Of a stretch of DNA of 64,000 nucleotides, positions 18,140 to 28,257 are shown piece by piece. How positions within the stretch are numbered: position 1 is the stretch's first letter; each line of letters opens with the position of its first letter. The position numbers were made by a program, and so were the translations under genes. A model generated the notes under the pieces. It was given only the letters and a program-made list of their open reading frames with translations, was not told where the DNA came from and made no database searches. Location of the stretch: positions 3,704 to 67,703 of the forward strand of contig JACPEP010000041.1 of assembly GCA_016183425.1 (NCBI GenBank), given 5' to 3'. The stretch comes from Chloroflexota bacterium (GTDB lineage: Bacteria; Chloroflexota; Dehalococcoidia; JACPEP01).

Positions 18140-18946
18140 CTAGAGTTCGGCGAAGGTTTTCCCCCCCAGATAGTCCGGAAAGGTATAGATTCCCGTAATC
18201 TGCATCCAGCAGCGCCGCCTCAATGGACTACTGTCAGATGCCCAAGAGCGAGTCAAGCCGAGGCGGAGATATATGCGGTCAATGCCACGAAGGAGGTGTG
18301 TAATGTGCTGTGAGGTCGATAAAGGTGAACTGTGCTGACTTATCTCGGCGTCGCAAAAAGCGCGAAACGTCATGTCTGAAATAGTTATATCGTCATATCT
18401 GCGGCCTGTGCCGTCCACAAAGTGAAGTCGGTATCTCCGACCATTCCGTCCTTCGGGGAGATTAACCATGATCACCTTTATCTGCGATACCGTTCCTAAA
18501 GATCGGGTATTGGCCCCAGGCTCAACCCACCGATTCTCTTGAAGATGTCCTTCATATACATCCTGTACCGAAGTGAAAGAACTTACCTTTAGCACCTCTT
18601 CCCACTCCGCCTCGGTGCACAAAGTCTCGTAAACCACCGACTTTGGGTCAAAGCCCAGGTCTTCTACATGTGGGAGCTCAATCCGAACTCGGTGAAACTC
18701 GAATCTCACTTTTACCCGGGGATAGATAACAAGTTTGCGCTCTTTGCTAATGCTCCGCCCTAAGAACCATTCCCACCATTCCCTGAATAAAGTTAGTAGT
18801 GAGGGTCTTTCATAAAGATGCTTCCTTAGCACGCCCGGTGGCGGCAACACAGGGCGGATACATCCACCGTCTCGGTCAACCCCCGCAATACAGACCCCGT
18901 CGCCCCCCATCGCTGTCAGATCCGTTATTACGATCGTCTCCTGCAC
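18140..18946 (-). CDS. hypothetical protein encoded in a low-GC island
   Basis: 268-aa ORF (MQETIVITDLTAMGGDGVCIAGVDRDGGCIRPV...). Local GC is about 50% against about 64% in the flanks. No recognisable domain. Confidence 0.5.
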   Translation of the reverse strand: MQETIVITDLTAMGGDGVCIAGVDRDGGCIRPVLPPPGVLRKHLYERPSLLTLFREWWEWFLGRSISKERKLVIYPRVKVRFEFHRVRIELPHVEDLGFDPKSVVYETLCTEAEWEEVLKVSSFTSVQDVYEGHLQENRWVEPGANTRSLGTVSQIKVIMVNLPEGRNGRRYRLHFVDGTGRRYDDITISDMTFRAFCDAEISQHSSPLSTSQHITHLLRGIDRIYLRLGLTRSWASDSSPLRRRCWMQITGIYTFPDYLGGKTFAEL

Positions 18947-19045
18947 TGAGAACCTCCCACAAGAAGTGTAGCTGATTGGTCACCCCGCTGAACAAAGGCA
19001 CAGTAGCACTCCCGCTGCCCTAAAGCAACCCAGAGCGGAAGGCCG

Positions 19046-19073
19046 TTGACAAATCTCCCTCTCTTAATAAAAT
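19046..19073 (+). promoter_or_regulatory. putative sigma70 promoter (TTGACA-16-TAAAAT) for the DsrE-like gene
   Basis: TTGACA at 19046-19051 and TAAAAT at 19068-19073, about 30 nt upstream of the ATG at 19103. Confidence 0.35.
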
Positions 19074-19102
19074 AGATTCATTAAGTCATAGAAAGGGGTG
19101 GC

Positions 19103-19525
19103 ATGGAGGGCGATAAAAAGCAATCGCGGGTCGCTATAATTCTCCACAGCGGCGCCTATGACCGGGTGAGCTACGCCTTAGCCATCGCCCGGGCCGCCCT
19201 GGCCATGGGGATGGAGGTGCACCTTCTGGCTACCTTCAGTGGGCTTATGCGCTTCGTCAAGGGCCACACCGAAGACCTGGGCGACGATATGCCCCCGGAC
19301 TTGCAGAGCGTCATCAGTAGAGGCCTGTCCCGGGGCAGCTTTCCCCCCATCACCGAGTCTATTCAAGAAGCCAAACGCCTGGGGCTCAAGGTGTACGCCT
19401 GCTCCGCCGCCATGGGCCACCTCAATATCACCATAGGCGACCTGACGGAAGAGGTGGACACGGTAATGGGCCTGGTCTACTTTCTGGAGTTGGCTGAGAA
19501 CGCCGCTATAAACCTATACGTCTAG
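19103..19525 (+). CDS. DsrE/DsrF/YchN-like sulfur-relay family protein
   Basis: 140 aa with the DsrE-like pattern (VAIILHSGAYDRVSYALAIARAALAMGMEVHLLATFSGL...VYACSAAMGH). Confidence 0.65.
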   Translation: MEGDKKQSRVAIILHSGAYDRVSYALAIARAALAMGMEVHLLATFSGLMRFVKGHTEDLGDDMPPDLQSVISRGLSRGSFPPITESIQEAKRLGLKVYACSAAMGHLNITIGDLTEEVDTVMGLVYFLELAENAAINLYV

Positions 19526-19550
19526 GAACCGGGAGGCATCCCTGGATCCT

Positions 19551-20819
19551 CTACAGCATAAGGAGCCAGGGCACCTCTATTAGCTCCACGATGCGTCTCA
19601 AGAACTGAGCCGCGGGAGCACCGTCGGTCACCCGATGATCGAAGGTGAGGCTCAGGTGCAGGGCAGGGTGGGATGTCACCTGTCCATCCACCACACCCAC
19701 CCACTCCCTGATGCGTCCCGCCCCCAGGATGGCCACCTGAGGCGGGTTGAGGATGGGAGTGAAGGTATCTACTCCAAAGGCGCCCATGTTAGTCAGGGTA
19801 AAGGTGCCGTCGGCCAGGTCGTCCAGGGTCAGGGTGTGGGCGCGGGCGCGCTCCACCAGGTCCGCCAGCTTTTGGCTTATTTCGGTGAGGGTCTTCTTAT
19901 CTACCTGGCGTACTACCGGAGTGAACAAACCTTCCTCCAGGGACACCGCCACCCCAATATTTATATCCTCCAGCACCAGGATCTCCTTCCCCTCCAGCAC
20001 CGAATTGAAGAGGGGATATTCCCGCAAAGCATGGGCTATTATCTTTAATAACAGGTCGTTATAGGAGATACGCACCCCCAGACGCTCTTCCAGGGACAGA
20101 AAATGCTCGCGGGCGCGCACCAGTTCCCGCGCATCTACCTGGGTATGTAGGGTAAGCTGAGCTGTCTTGGCCAGGCTTTCCACCATGCGTTGGGCGATGA
20201 TGCGGCGCGCCCCCGTCAGGGGTATCCGCTGCCGAACCCCTCGTTCCGGTGCCGTCGCCGTTGTTGGCGGGGCCGACGCCCGACCCCGCTCCTCCACCGC
20301 CCGCTGCACGTCGGCCTCCACGACACGTCCCTGGGGGCCGGTAGCCGGTACCTGGGCCAGGTCGATCCCCTCTTGAGCCGCCAGGCGGCGAGCGGCGGGA
20401 GTGGCCAGGATTCTTCCTTCTCCAGACGGAGCCGCCTTAGCCGCTGCCGTCGCCTCCTGGGGAGCCGCTGGTGTCTCAGGTGTTTCCACCGTTCCTGACG
20501 GGGCCGTCTCAACCGCTCTCGGTGCCTCCACCGGCACCGCTTGAGCCTCCGGAGATACCGGAGTGGCTCCCGGCGCGGCCTCCCCGGCGGCCAATATATG
20601 GCCCAGGACTCCTCCTACCGCCACCGTAGTCTCCTCGGGAACTTGAGGCTGGACAACCCCCCCCTGGGGCGCCTCCATCTGGTAGGTTATCTTATCCGTG
20701 TAAATCTCCACCAGTGGCTCCCCCTTCTCTACCCTCTCCCCGGCCTTTTTGAGCCACCGGCCCACGGTGCCCTCAGTCATAATAATGCCCAGCTTGGGCA
20801 TCAGAATAGACGTTGCCAT
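19551..20819 (-). CDS. dihydrolipoamide acyltransferase (E2) of a 2-oxoacid dehydrogenase complex
   Basis: N-terminal lipoyl domain (EIYTDKITYQMEAP, lipoyl-Lys), Ala/Pro-rich linkers, and a C-terminal catalytic domain with DHRVTDGA. Confidence 0.9.
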   Translation of the reverse strand: MATSILMPKLGIIMTEGTVGRWLKKAGERVEKGEPLVEIYTDKITYQMEAPQGGVVQPQVPEETTVAVGGVLGHILAAGEAAPGATPVSPEAQAVPVEAPRAVETAPSGTVETPETPAAPQEATAAAKAAPSGEGRILATPAARRLAAQEGIDLAQVPATGPQGRVVEADVQRAVEERGRASAPPTTATAPERGVRQRIPLTGARRIIAQRMVESLAKTAQLTLHTQVDARELVRAREHFLSLEERLGVRISYNDLLLKIIAHALREYPLFNSVLEGKEILVLEDINIGVAVSLEEGLFTPVVRQVDKKTLTEISQKLADLVERARAHTLTLDDLADGTFTLTNMGAFGVDTFTPILNPPQVAILGAGRIREWVGVVDGQVTSHPALHLSLTFDHRVTDGAPAAQFLRRIVELIEVPWLLML

Positions 20820-20821
20820 GC

Positions 20822-21868
20822 CTACTCCTTCCCCATGACCTCCTTGACCACAGCCACCACCCGGGCGGCATTGGGGAGGTAAAGCTCCTCCAGAGCCGAG
20901 CTGTAGGGGATGTGGGCATGGGGTGAGGTGACTGTTTTTACCGGCGCATCCAAAAAATCAAAACCTTTGTCCGCGGCCAGGGCAGCGATGTCCCCCGCGA
21001 CGCTGCAACGAGGGTAGCTTTCGTCCACGATGACCAGCCGCTTCGTCCTGGCCAGGGAGCCGAGCACCGCTTCCTCGTCCAAAGGCGATAGGCTCAGCAG
21101 GTCAATGACCTCGGCCTGGATACCCTCCTGGGCCAGGGCCGACGCCGCCTCCAGGCACACATCCACCATCCGGGAGATGCCCACCAGGGTCACATCTCGG
21201 CCCTCCCGCCTCACCTCCGCTCTACCAATGGGTAGGGTGTAGGCCTCCTCAGGCACCGGAACATGTTGGGGATAGAGAAGTTTGTGGTCAAATATGACCA
21301 CCGGGTTGTCGTCCCTAATAGCGGCTGCGTACAGTCCCTTGGCGTGGTAGGCATTGGAGGGTGCGATGCACTTTAGCCCCGGTATGTGAACCAGGGGAGC
21401 GTAAAGAGCCTGAGAGTGCTGGGGGCCGGTGCCCCCTCCCAGATATTGGGAGCCGGTGAGGCTAGCGCCGAAGGTGGTTCGGATTACCAGGGGCACCTTG
21501 ACCTCTCCGGCCAAGAGGTAGCGCATCTTGGCCGCCTGGTTCATTATCTGATCCAGGGCCACTCCCAGGAAATCGGAGAATATAAGCTCGACCACCGGCC
21601 GCAGTCCGGTCATGGCCGCCCCCACCGCCGCCCCGATAAAGCCCATCTCAGAGATGGGTGTATCCCGTACCCGCTCTGCCCCAAACTCCTGGATGAGTCC
21701 CTTGGTGACGCCAAAGGGCCCGCCCCAGGCATCCACGATCCCCTGTTCCTCCCGGCCTGCCCCACCGGCGATGTCCTCCCCCATCAAGATGATGCTCGGG
21801 TCGCGCCGCATCTCTTGGCGGAGAGCCTCGTTCACTGCCTGGATGTAGGTCAGCCTGCGCTGGGCCAT
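20822..21868 (-). CDS. 2-oxoacid dehydrogenase E1 component beta subunit
   Basis: Transketolase-like pyrimidine-binding and C-terminal domains (IILMGEDIAGGAG..., GLRPVVELIFSDF). Confidence 0.9.
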   Translation of the reverse strand: MAQRRLTYIQAVNEALRQEMRRDPSIILMGEDIAGGAGREEQGIVDAWGGPFGVTKGLIQEFGAERVRDTPISEMGFIGAAVGAAMTGLRPVVELIFSDFLGVALDQIMNQAAKMRYLLAGEVKVPLVIRTTFGASLTGSQYLGGGTGPQHSQALYAPLVHIPGLKCIAPSNAYHAKGLYAAAIRDDNPVVIFDHKLLYPQHVPVPEEAYTLPIGRAEVRREGRDVTLVGISRMVDVCLEAASALAQEGIQAEVIDLLSLSPLDEEAVLGSLARTKRLVIVDESYPRCSVAGDIAALAADKGFDFLDAPVKTVTSPHAHIPYSSALEELYLPNAARVVAVVKEVMGKE

Positions 21869-21883
21869 CTTTTACCTACCTCG

Positions 21884-22855
21884 TCAACTGGCATACAGGT
21901 CTCGCGCTATCTCTTCCGGGGGTGGTGGGGGGCTCCCTTCGGCGAAGCGAACCGCCTCATCCAAAAGGGCCTGCCCTCGGCCGTCCAGGGCCTCCAGCTC
22001 CTGGGACAATAGGGAGCCATCGGCCACCACCCGCTCTCGAAAACGCCGCAAGCAGTCCCGTTCCCGGTGGTATGCCTCCTCCTCCCGGGAACGATAGCGC
22101 AAGGTGTTGTCTCCCACATAGTGGCCGGAGAAGCGGTAGGTGGGGCACTCCAGGAATATGGGGCCTTCACCGGCCCGCAGCCGAGAGATGGCTTCTCCCG
22201 CCACCTGGTAGACGGAGAAGACATCCTGGCCATCGGCCACCAGGCCGGGCATAGAGTAAGCCGCCGCCCGGTCCACCAGCCTCTCGACGCTGGTGGCATA
22301 GTCCACCGGGGTGCTCTGGGCGTAGAGATTGTTTTCGCACACCAGGAGAAGGGGGAGCTTCCAGACGGCCGCCAGATTGAGGCCCTCGTGAAAGACCCCC
22401 TGGTTCACTGCCCCGTCGCCAAAGAAGGCCACGGCCACCCCCCCCGTTTTCAAGAGCTGGGCAGAGAGGGCGGCGCCGGCCGCCAGAGGGATGGTAGCCC
22501 CCACTACCACATTGGCCCCCAGAATGCCGTGCCGAAAATCGGCGATGTGCATGGAGCCGCCTCGGCCACGGTTGGTGCCCGTGGCCCGTCCGTAGATCTC
22601 GGCCATCATGGCCTTTGTGTCCAGTCCCCGGGCGATGGCCACCCCGTGCCCACGATAGGTTATGGCGGTGTAGTCCTGCGGCCCCAGGTGGGCACAAACC
22701 CCCACCGCCACTGCCTCCTGCCCCGAATAAAGATGCCCATAGGCCACCAACCGCCCCGCCTCCATCTCCTGCCGAAAGCGCTCCTCAAAGGCCCGGATAA
22801 GAACCATCTTCTCGTAGAGCCGGAGAAGCGTCGCTTTGTCCACGGTCACCCCCAT
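21884..22855 (-). CDS. 2-oxoacid dehydrogenase E1 component alpha subunit (TPP-dependent)
   Basis: TPP-binding motif GDGAVNQGVFHEGLNLAAVWKLPLLLVCENN and E1-alpha phosphorylation-loop-like region. Confidence 0.9.
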   Translation of the reverse strand: MGVTVDKATLLRLYEKMVLIRAFEERFRQEMEAGRLVAYGHLYSGQEAVAVGVCAHLGPQDYTAITYRGHGVAIARGLDTKAMMAEIYGRATGTNRGRGGSMHIADFRHGILGANVVVGATIPLAAGAALSAQLLKTGGVAVAFFGDGAVNQGVFHEGLNLAAVWKLPLLLVCENNLYAQSTPVDYATSVERLVDRAAAYSMPGLVADGQDVFSVYQVAGEAISRLRAGEGPIFLECPTYRFSGHYVGDNTLRYRSREEEAYHRERDCLRRFRERVVADGSLLSQELEALDGRGQALLDEAVRFAEGSPPPPPEEIARDLYAS

Positions 22856-22977
22856 TTGCTAGCGCCTTAGCCCGGGGCCGTTGCGGGAGTCGCGCCCATC
22901 ACAGAGTTAACGGGGTATTCCCAGTCAGGGGGATGCAGAGGACGCCCTTTCCCCGACGTACCACCCCCTGACGAGCA

Positions 22978-23472
22978 TCACGGGAGCAACCCCTTGGGCA
23001 TGGGAAGGCCCTTGGGAGCCAAAGAGAGGAGAAGGGGCAAGAAGCTGAGCAAGGCCGGGCCAAGGCGAGACTCCGCCACCGAGGCCTCGCCTCCGGGCAC
23101 CGGAAAGGTGGCCATGAAGAAGACCAGCACCTCTGCCAGCACGATCCCCTTGACCAAGCCGAAGAAGGCGCCCCCCAGGTGATCCAACCACCCTAAGAAG
23201 AGGAAACCCACTACCTGCTGGAGCAGGGAGATGGCCACGTGGGCCAACACCGTGACCGCCAGGAAGATGGCGATAAAGGCGGCGACATGGGCGGCACGGT
23301 CGTCGGAAAGGAAAGAAAAATAGCCACTCAGGTCATTGTAGTACCGCCCGGCCAGCACCACCCCCACCACCAGGCCCCCCATGGAGAGAGCCTCCCGTAT
23401 AAGACCAGCTGAGAAGCTGGTAAAGGTGAACCAGCCCACCATAGCGATAATGACGATGTCCAGCCAGTTCAC
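22978..23472 (-). CDS. cvpA: CvpA family membrane protein (colicin V production protein homologue)
   Basis: 164 aa, 4 TM helices, N-terminal [17 protein letters not shown] typical of CvpA. Confidence 0.75.
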   Translation of the reverse strand: MNWLDIVIIAMVGWFTFTSFSAGLIREALSMGGLVVGVVLAGRYYNDLSGYFSFLSDDRAAHVAAFIAIFLAVTVLAHVAISLLQQVVGFLFLGWLDHLGGAFFGLVKGIVLAEVLVFFMATFPVPGGEASVAESRLGPALLSFLPLLLSLAPKGLPMPKGLLP

Positions 23473-23476
23473 TTCT

Positions 23477-25840
23477 TTACACCACCTTCAGAGAGGCCAC
23501 CGGCTTTAGAAAGGCCACCCCCAACACATCGTCCATACTGTTAACGAAGGCGAACTTAAGATCTCGCCTCACTGGGTTGGGGATCTCAGATAGGTCCTTC
23601 TCGTTCTTCTGGGGGAGGATAAAGGTCTTTATCCCCGCCCGGTGGGCAGCCAGTATTTTCTCCTTGAGGCCCCCCACGGGCAACACTCGCCCCCGAAGGG
23701 TGATCTCTCCCGTCATAGCCACCTCCCGATGGACGGGAGAGCGCACCAGGGCTGAGATGAGGGCGGTGGCCATGGTAATGCCGGCCGAAGGGCCGTCTTT
23801 GGGGATAGCGCCGGCCGGTACATGAATATGGATGTCCGTCTTCTCAAAGACCTGGGGCTTGATCCCCAGATCGACGGCCCGAGAGCGGGCGTAGCTCACT
23901 GCCGCCTGGGCCGACTCTCGCATGACTTCCCCCAATTGCCCGGTAAGTATCAGGTTGCCCTTTCCCTCCATGAGGGTCACTTCGATGGCCATAACATCGC
24001 CCCCGGCATCGGTCCGCGCCACCCCCATGGCCACCCCGATCTCGTCCCTCTCTTCGGCGGTGCCCCAGAAAAACTTTTGGGGGCCCAAATACCTCTCCAG
24101 GGACTGGGCGGTGACCTGGCGGGACGCTCTCTCCCCCTCCGCCACCCAGCGCGCCACCTTGCGACAGATAGACCCTATCTCCCGCTCCAGGTTACGCACC
24201 CCAGCCTCCCGAGTGTACTCCCGTATCAAGCCCCGCAGAGCGCCATCGGAGAAGGCAAGCAGCTTTTTCTTGAGTCCGTGCTCCGCCAGTTGTTTGGGCA
24301 CTAAGAACCGACGGGCGATTTGGAGCTTTTCCTCTTCAGTATAGCCGGCCAACTCGATTACCTCCAGGCGGTCCTTGAGGGCAGGAATTATGGGCTCCAT
24401 AAAGTTGGCTGTGGCGATGAACAAGACCCGGGACAGGTTGTAAGGCACCTCCAGATAGTGGTCACTGAAAGAGTGATTCTGCTCCGGGTCCAGAACCTCC
24501 AGCAGGGCAGAAGAAGGGTCACCCCGGAAGTCGGTGCCCACCTTATCGATCTCATCTAACATGAACACTGGGTTGACGGTGCCGGCGTTCCGCATTGTTT
24601 GGATAATGCGGCCGGGGAGAGCGCCCACGTAGGTGCGCCGATGGCCGCGAATCTCGGCTTCGTCCCGAATGCCCCCCAGACTGACGCGGAGGAACTTCCG
24701 TCCCAGGGCTTTGGCAATGGACATACCCAGACTGGTCTTGCCCACCCCCGGTGCCCCCACAAAACACAAAATGGGACTGCGCAGCTTATCCTTGGCCAGC
24801 TTGCGGACGGCGATGTACTCCAGAATGCGTTCCTTGACCTTGGCCAAACCGTAGTGGTTCTCCTCCAAGACCTTGGCCGCCCGTCGGACATCCAGGTTGT
24901 CCTTGGTCTGCTTGCTCCAGGGCAGGTTCACCAGCCAGTCCAGATAGGTGCGGATGACGGAGAACTCCGGGGCGGCGATGGGCATCGAGGCCAGGCGCTC
25001 CGCCTCGGCTACGGCCTTCTTAGCCGCCTCCTCCGACATTCCCGAGGCGGCGATCTTCTCTTTAAGCTCATTTATCTCTCGGGTAGTGCTATCCAGCTCC
25101 CCCAATTCCTTCTGGATGGCTTTAATCTGCTCCCGAAGGATGTATTCCCGCTGGGACTTGTCCACCTCCTTCTGCACCTGGGTATGGATCTTGCTCTGGA
25201 GCTCCAGCACATCCAGTTCCTTGGCCAGAAGGATGCTCACCTTTTGCAGGCGCTCCTGAGGCTCTATAGTCTCCAAAATATCCTGGCGCTGGGCCACTTC
25301 CAGCTCTAGAGAGGAGGTGACAAAATCCGCCAACCAGCCGGGGTCGTCGATGTTCATGGCACCGATGTAGGCGTCGTCGGGGATGGTGGAGGAGAGGCGG
25401 ACACACTTCTCAAAGAGAGCCAGCACTGCCCTCATCAACGCCTCGCTGCCCAGGGTTTTCTCAGCGGTCTCCGTCAGCGGCGTCGCCGTTATCTTAATAA
25501 AGGGCTCCCATTGGGAGACCCCCAGCACCCGAACTCGTCGCTGCCCCTCAGCCCAAATCTGAGCCGTGCCGTCGGGCATCTTAAGAATGCGGCTGACCAT
25601 GGCCTCGGTGCCCACGGAATACAGCTTATCCAGACTGATCTCGGGATCGTTAGGGTCCCTCTGGGTAACCACGGCGATGGGCGACCCCCGGGCCATGGCC
25701 TCTTCTACAGCCCGTATCGAGCTCAGCCTACCCACCACCAAGGGAGAGACGGTGCGGGGAAACAATATCGCCCGCCGACGGGGAAGGAGGGGCAACTCCA
25801 GCACTGCCAGGTCCGAGGACGCTTTTTTCCTACGAGGCAC
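23477..25840 (-). CDS. lon: ATP-dependent Lon protease (LonA)
   Basis: LON N-terminal domain, Walker A GPPGVGKTS and proteolytic-domain serine motif [15 protein letters not shown]. Confidence 0.95.
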   Translation of the reverse strand: MPRRKKASSDLAVLELPLLPRRRAILFPRTVSPLVVGRLSSIRAVEEAMARGSPIAVVTQRDPNDPEISLDKLYSVGTEAMVSRILKMPDGTAQIWAEGQRRVRVLGVSQWEPFIKITATPLTETAEKTLGSEALMRAVLALFEKCVRLSSTIPDDAYIGAMNIDDPGWLADFVTSSLELEVAQRQDILETIEPQERLQKVSILLAKELDVLELQSKIHTQVQKEVDKSQREYILREQIKAIQKELGELDSTTREINELKEKIAASGMSEEAAKKAVAEAERLASMPIAAPEFSVIRTYLDWLVNLPWSKQTKDNLDVRRAAKVLEENHYGLAKVKERILEYIAVRKLAKDKLRSPILCFVGAPGVGKTSLGMSIAKALGRKFLRVSLGGIRDEAEIRGHRRTYVGALPGRIIQTMRNAGTVNPVFMLDEIDKVGTDFRGDPSSALLEVLDPEQNHSFSDHYLEVPYNLSRVLFIATANFMEPIIPALKDRLEVIELAGYTEEEKLQIARRFLVPKQLAEHGLKKKLLAFSDGALRGLIREYTREAGVRNLEREIGSICRKVARWVAEGERASRQVTAQSLERYLGPQKFFWGTAEERDEIGVAMGVARTDAGGDVMAIEVTLMEGKGNLILTGQLGEVMRESAQAAVSYARSRAVDLGIKPQVFEKTDIHIHVPAGAIPKDGPSAGITMATALISALVRSPVHREVAMTGEITLRGRVLPVGGLKEKILAAHRAGIKTFILPQKNEKDLSEIPNPVRRDLKFAFVNSMDDVLGVAFLKPVASLKVV

Positions 25841-26043
25841 TCACCTCACCTCCTGTTTGATAGTCTACCATACAGGTGAGCGGCTGACAAACCCATATAC
25901 GAGATGTTGAATTGTAGCAGTGTCACCCTGATCCGCTAGGGCAGACACATCTCCGTCTATGGCGGGGAGGAGGGTCTCCAAGGCAGTTTTAGACACTTCC
26001 CTGCGCCTCGGAGGTGCTTACCTTTTGTTTGGGAAGATGCTTC

Positions 26044-26095
26044 TCCGCCTTTGGCGGACGTGTCCGCCTTTGGCGGATCAGCATGACATCTCCCT
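26044..26095. repeat. degenerate copy of the intergenic palindromic repeat family (tandem CCGCCTTTGGCGGA plus GGATCAGCATGAC)
   Basis: ccgcctttggcgga occurs twice, followed by ggatcagcatgacat. These share the core of the elements at 31441-31480 and 39100-39200. Confidence 0.4.
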
Positions 26096-26136
26096 GCTCC
26101 TGGCACCAGAATTTCCCCCCGCCTTCGGTGGCCCCA

Positions 26137-27039
26137 TTAGGAGCGGGACACCAAAGGCAGGTCTATGTGATAGTTTTTCAGGATAGTTTGAATGGCCGCC
26201 GCCGAGCGGTCGTCGGGCTCTGTCAAGGGGAGGCGGGGCTTGCCCACCGGAAAGCCCACCGCGTTCACAGCGTACTTCACGGGTATGGGGTTGGAAAGGA
26301 TGAACATGGCGTTGAAGATGGGAAGGAGCCGACGGTGCAGGACGGCCGCCTCCTGCCACCTCCCTTCCAGAAAGCTGTCCATCATCTCCCGTATCTGGAG
26401 TCCCACCAGGTGAGAGGCAACGCCGATCACTCCATAGCCCCCTACAGAAAGGATGGGCAGGGTATCGCCGTCGTTGCCGCTATAGACCATGAAGCCTTGA
26501 GGGGTGCCATCGATAATGCGGGCGATCTGATCCAGGTTGCCGCTGGCCTCTTTAATGCCCACGATGTTTCTGATCTGGCCGAGACGGATCACCGTCTCGG
26601 CCGTCAGGTTAGTGCCGGTGCGGCTGGGAACGTTGTACATGAGGCAAGGAAGCTGAGTTCCCTGGGCGATGGCTTTAAAGTGCTGGTACAACCCCTCTGG
26701 AGTGGGCCGATTGTAGTAAGGAACCACCAAAAGAACGCCATCCACGCCGATAGCTTCCGCTTCCCGAGTCAGCTCCAGGCTCTCGGCAGTGCTATAGCTT
26801 CCCGTGCCCGCCACCACGGTGCCCTTGTCCCCTACCGCCTCCTTCACCTCCCCGATGAGGCGAAGCTTCTCCTCATGGGTAAGGGTTGGTGCCTCCCCCG
26901 TGGTGCCCACCACCACCAATCCGTGGCTCCCCGAATCCACTAAGGCCCGGGCCAGACGCCGGGCCTGGGGATAGTCTACCCGTCCCCCCTCATCGAAGGG
27001 AGTCACCATGGCCGTAAGCAAGCGCCCCAGCTCCATCAT
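26137..27039 (-). CDS. dapA: 4-hydroxy-tetrahydrodipicolinate synthase
   Basis: MMELGRLLTAMVTPFDEGGRVDYPQARRLA..., Schiff-base lysine region and the DapA/NAL fold pattern. Confidence 0.9.
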   Translation of the reverse strand: MMELGRLLTAMVTPFDEGGRVDYPQARRLARALVDSGSHGLVVVGTTGEAPTLTHEEKLRLIGEVKEAVGDKGTVVAGTGSYSTAESLELTREAEAIGVDGVLLVVPYYNRPTPEGLYQHFKAIAQGTQLPCLMYNVPSRTGTNLTAETVIRLGQIRNIVGIKEASGNLDQIARIIDGTPQGFMVYSGNDGDTLPILSVGGYGVIGVASHLVGLQIREMMDSFLEGRWQEAAVLHRRLLPIFNAMFILSNPIPVKYAVNAVGFPVGKPRLPLTEPDDRSAAAIQTILKNYHIDLPLVSRS

Positions 27040-27055
27040 AGCCGGCTCCTTTCAC

Positions 27056-27247
27056 TCAGTAACATCGAGTACAGCTTGGGGACCATCCAAGATTACTTTT
27101 AGCTGATTTAGCAGGTCCCTTCCCCAGAGGGGTGTACGGCTCTTCCCAGAGAACGGCACGGACAAACCTTTGCGTGCCCTCTTCAACGGCCAAGGTCACT
27201 GAAAACACAGGTGACTCTCTTACCTTGCCTTCAAACCCCCTGAGCAA
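27056..27247 (-). pseudogene. C-terminal remnant of a retropepsin-like aspartic protease (copy 1; catalytic N-terminal half missing)
   Basis: The 63-aa ORF LLRGFEGKVRESPVFSVTLAVEEG...RAVLWEEPY is about 80% identical to the C-terminal half of the intact protease at 27875-28255. The DSGA catalytic motif is missing. Confidence 0.6.
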
Positions 27248-27261
27248 ATCCTAATCACCCC

Positions 27262-27711
27262 TTAAGATAACTGTTTTCGTACCGCCTCCCGCCTCTCACA
27301 GAGAGCCTTGAGCCGGGAGTCCCATGATATTTGGGGGGTATGTTTGCCTGCCTCCCAACTGTTCACCGTCACCTGCTCGACCCCCAATAGCCGGGCAAAA
27401 TCCCCCTGGGATAGGCCCAGGTATTCTCTTAGCGCCTTGATTTCTTCTGGGGTCATCTTCACATCTCCTGCTGCTCTCTCGGGGAAGCGTTCCACCACCT
27501 CTTGCCCTTCGGTCAATCGGTCAACACTTGTACCCGGGGAGACCAGAGAGCTTCTCTGATGCGGTGACGACTGCCTAGGAGCGGCACTGAAAAGCCCTTT
27601 GCCTATTTCTAATTCCATGTTGGAGATGGTCCGCAAGAGCTTACCCAGGTCTATCAATTGTCTGACCAGGTTATGGAGACTAAATACATTCCTCGGCATA
27701 ATCCTATCCAA
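27262..27711 (-). CDS. partner protein, copy 1: conserved N-terminal segment fused to a C-terminal XRE-type HTH
   Basis: N-terminus LHNLVRQLIDLGKLLRTISNMELEIGKGLFSAAPRQSSP parallels that of the 28258-28911 protein. C-terminus MTPEEIKALREYLGLSQGDFARLLGVEQVTVNSWEAGKHTP is a Cro/C1-type HTH. Confidence 0.6.
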   Translation of the reverse strand: MDRIMPRNVFSLHNLVRQLIDLGKLLRTISNMELEIGKGLFSAAPRQSSPHQRSSLVSPGTSVDRLTEGQEVVERFPERAAGDVKMTPEEIKALREYLGLSQGDFARLLGVEQVTVNSWEAGKHTPQISWDSRLKALCERREAVRKQLS

Positions 27712-27717
27712 TTAGGT

Positions 27718-27775
27718 AAGATCGAAAACTACTCCAGAGCGGCTACGCATTCCATTTCGATGAGATAGTCCGGGC
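27718..27775 (-). pseudogene. duplicated 3'-end fragment of ridA (duplication scar)
   Basis: atcgaaaactactccagagcggctacgcattccatttcgatgagatagtccggg is nearly identical to 29005-29058, which encodes the ridA C-terminus ...DYLIEMECVAALE. Confidence 0.7.
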
Positions 27776-27860
27776 CAGACGCCGGGCCTGGGGGTAGTCC
27801 ACCCGCCCCTCTTCATCGAAGGGAGTCACCATGGCCGTAAGCAGCCTGCCCAGTTCTATC
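27776..27860 (-). pseudogene. duplicated 5'-end fragment of dapA (duplication scar)
   Basis: Minus-strand translation MIELGRLLTAMVTPFDEEGRVDYPQARRLAR. About 88% nucleotide identity to the dapA 5' end at 26941-27050. Confidence 0.7.
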
Positions 27861-27874
27861 ATAGCTGGCTCCTT

Positions 27875-28255
27875 TCACACCACAATATGAAGTACCCCTT
27901 GAAGGCCATCCAAGGTTATCTCTAGCTGATTTAGCAGGTCCCTTCCCAAGAGGGCATAAGTTTCTTGCCAGAGGACGGCACGAATAAACTTATGCTCGCC
28001 CTCTCCAGTGGCCAAGGTCACTGAAAACACTGGCGACTCTCTTACCTTGCCTTCAAACCCCCTGAGCAAGGCTGTATCAGCGCGGCGCATTTGAAGCTGC
28101 CTGGTCAAAGCGGAAGGTATGGCAGTAATGTCGGCTCCAGAGTCAACGAAGGCATTTACTGTAACTGGAGGCGAGGAAGAAAGGGGAACGCCTATCTTCA
28201 CCGGCAACACAGGGGCCGGAGGGTCAAAAGAGGCATTATAGGCATATGTGGCCAT
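27875..28255 (-). CDS. retropepsin-like (clan AA) aspartic protease, intact copy
   Basis: Catalytic motif VDSGADITAIP (D-S-G-A) in a protein of about 126 aa. The ATG at 28255 lies 2 nt after the stop of the upstream partner gene; the ORF-track start at 28327 overlaps that gene. Confidence 0.7.
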   Translation of the reverse strand: MATYAYNASFDPPAPVLPVKIGVPLSSSPPVTVNAFVDSGADITAIPSALTRQLQMRRADTALLRGFEGKVRESPVFSVTLATGEGEHKFIRAVLWQETYALLGRDLLNQLEITLDGLQGVLHIVV

Positions 28256-28257
28256 CT

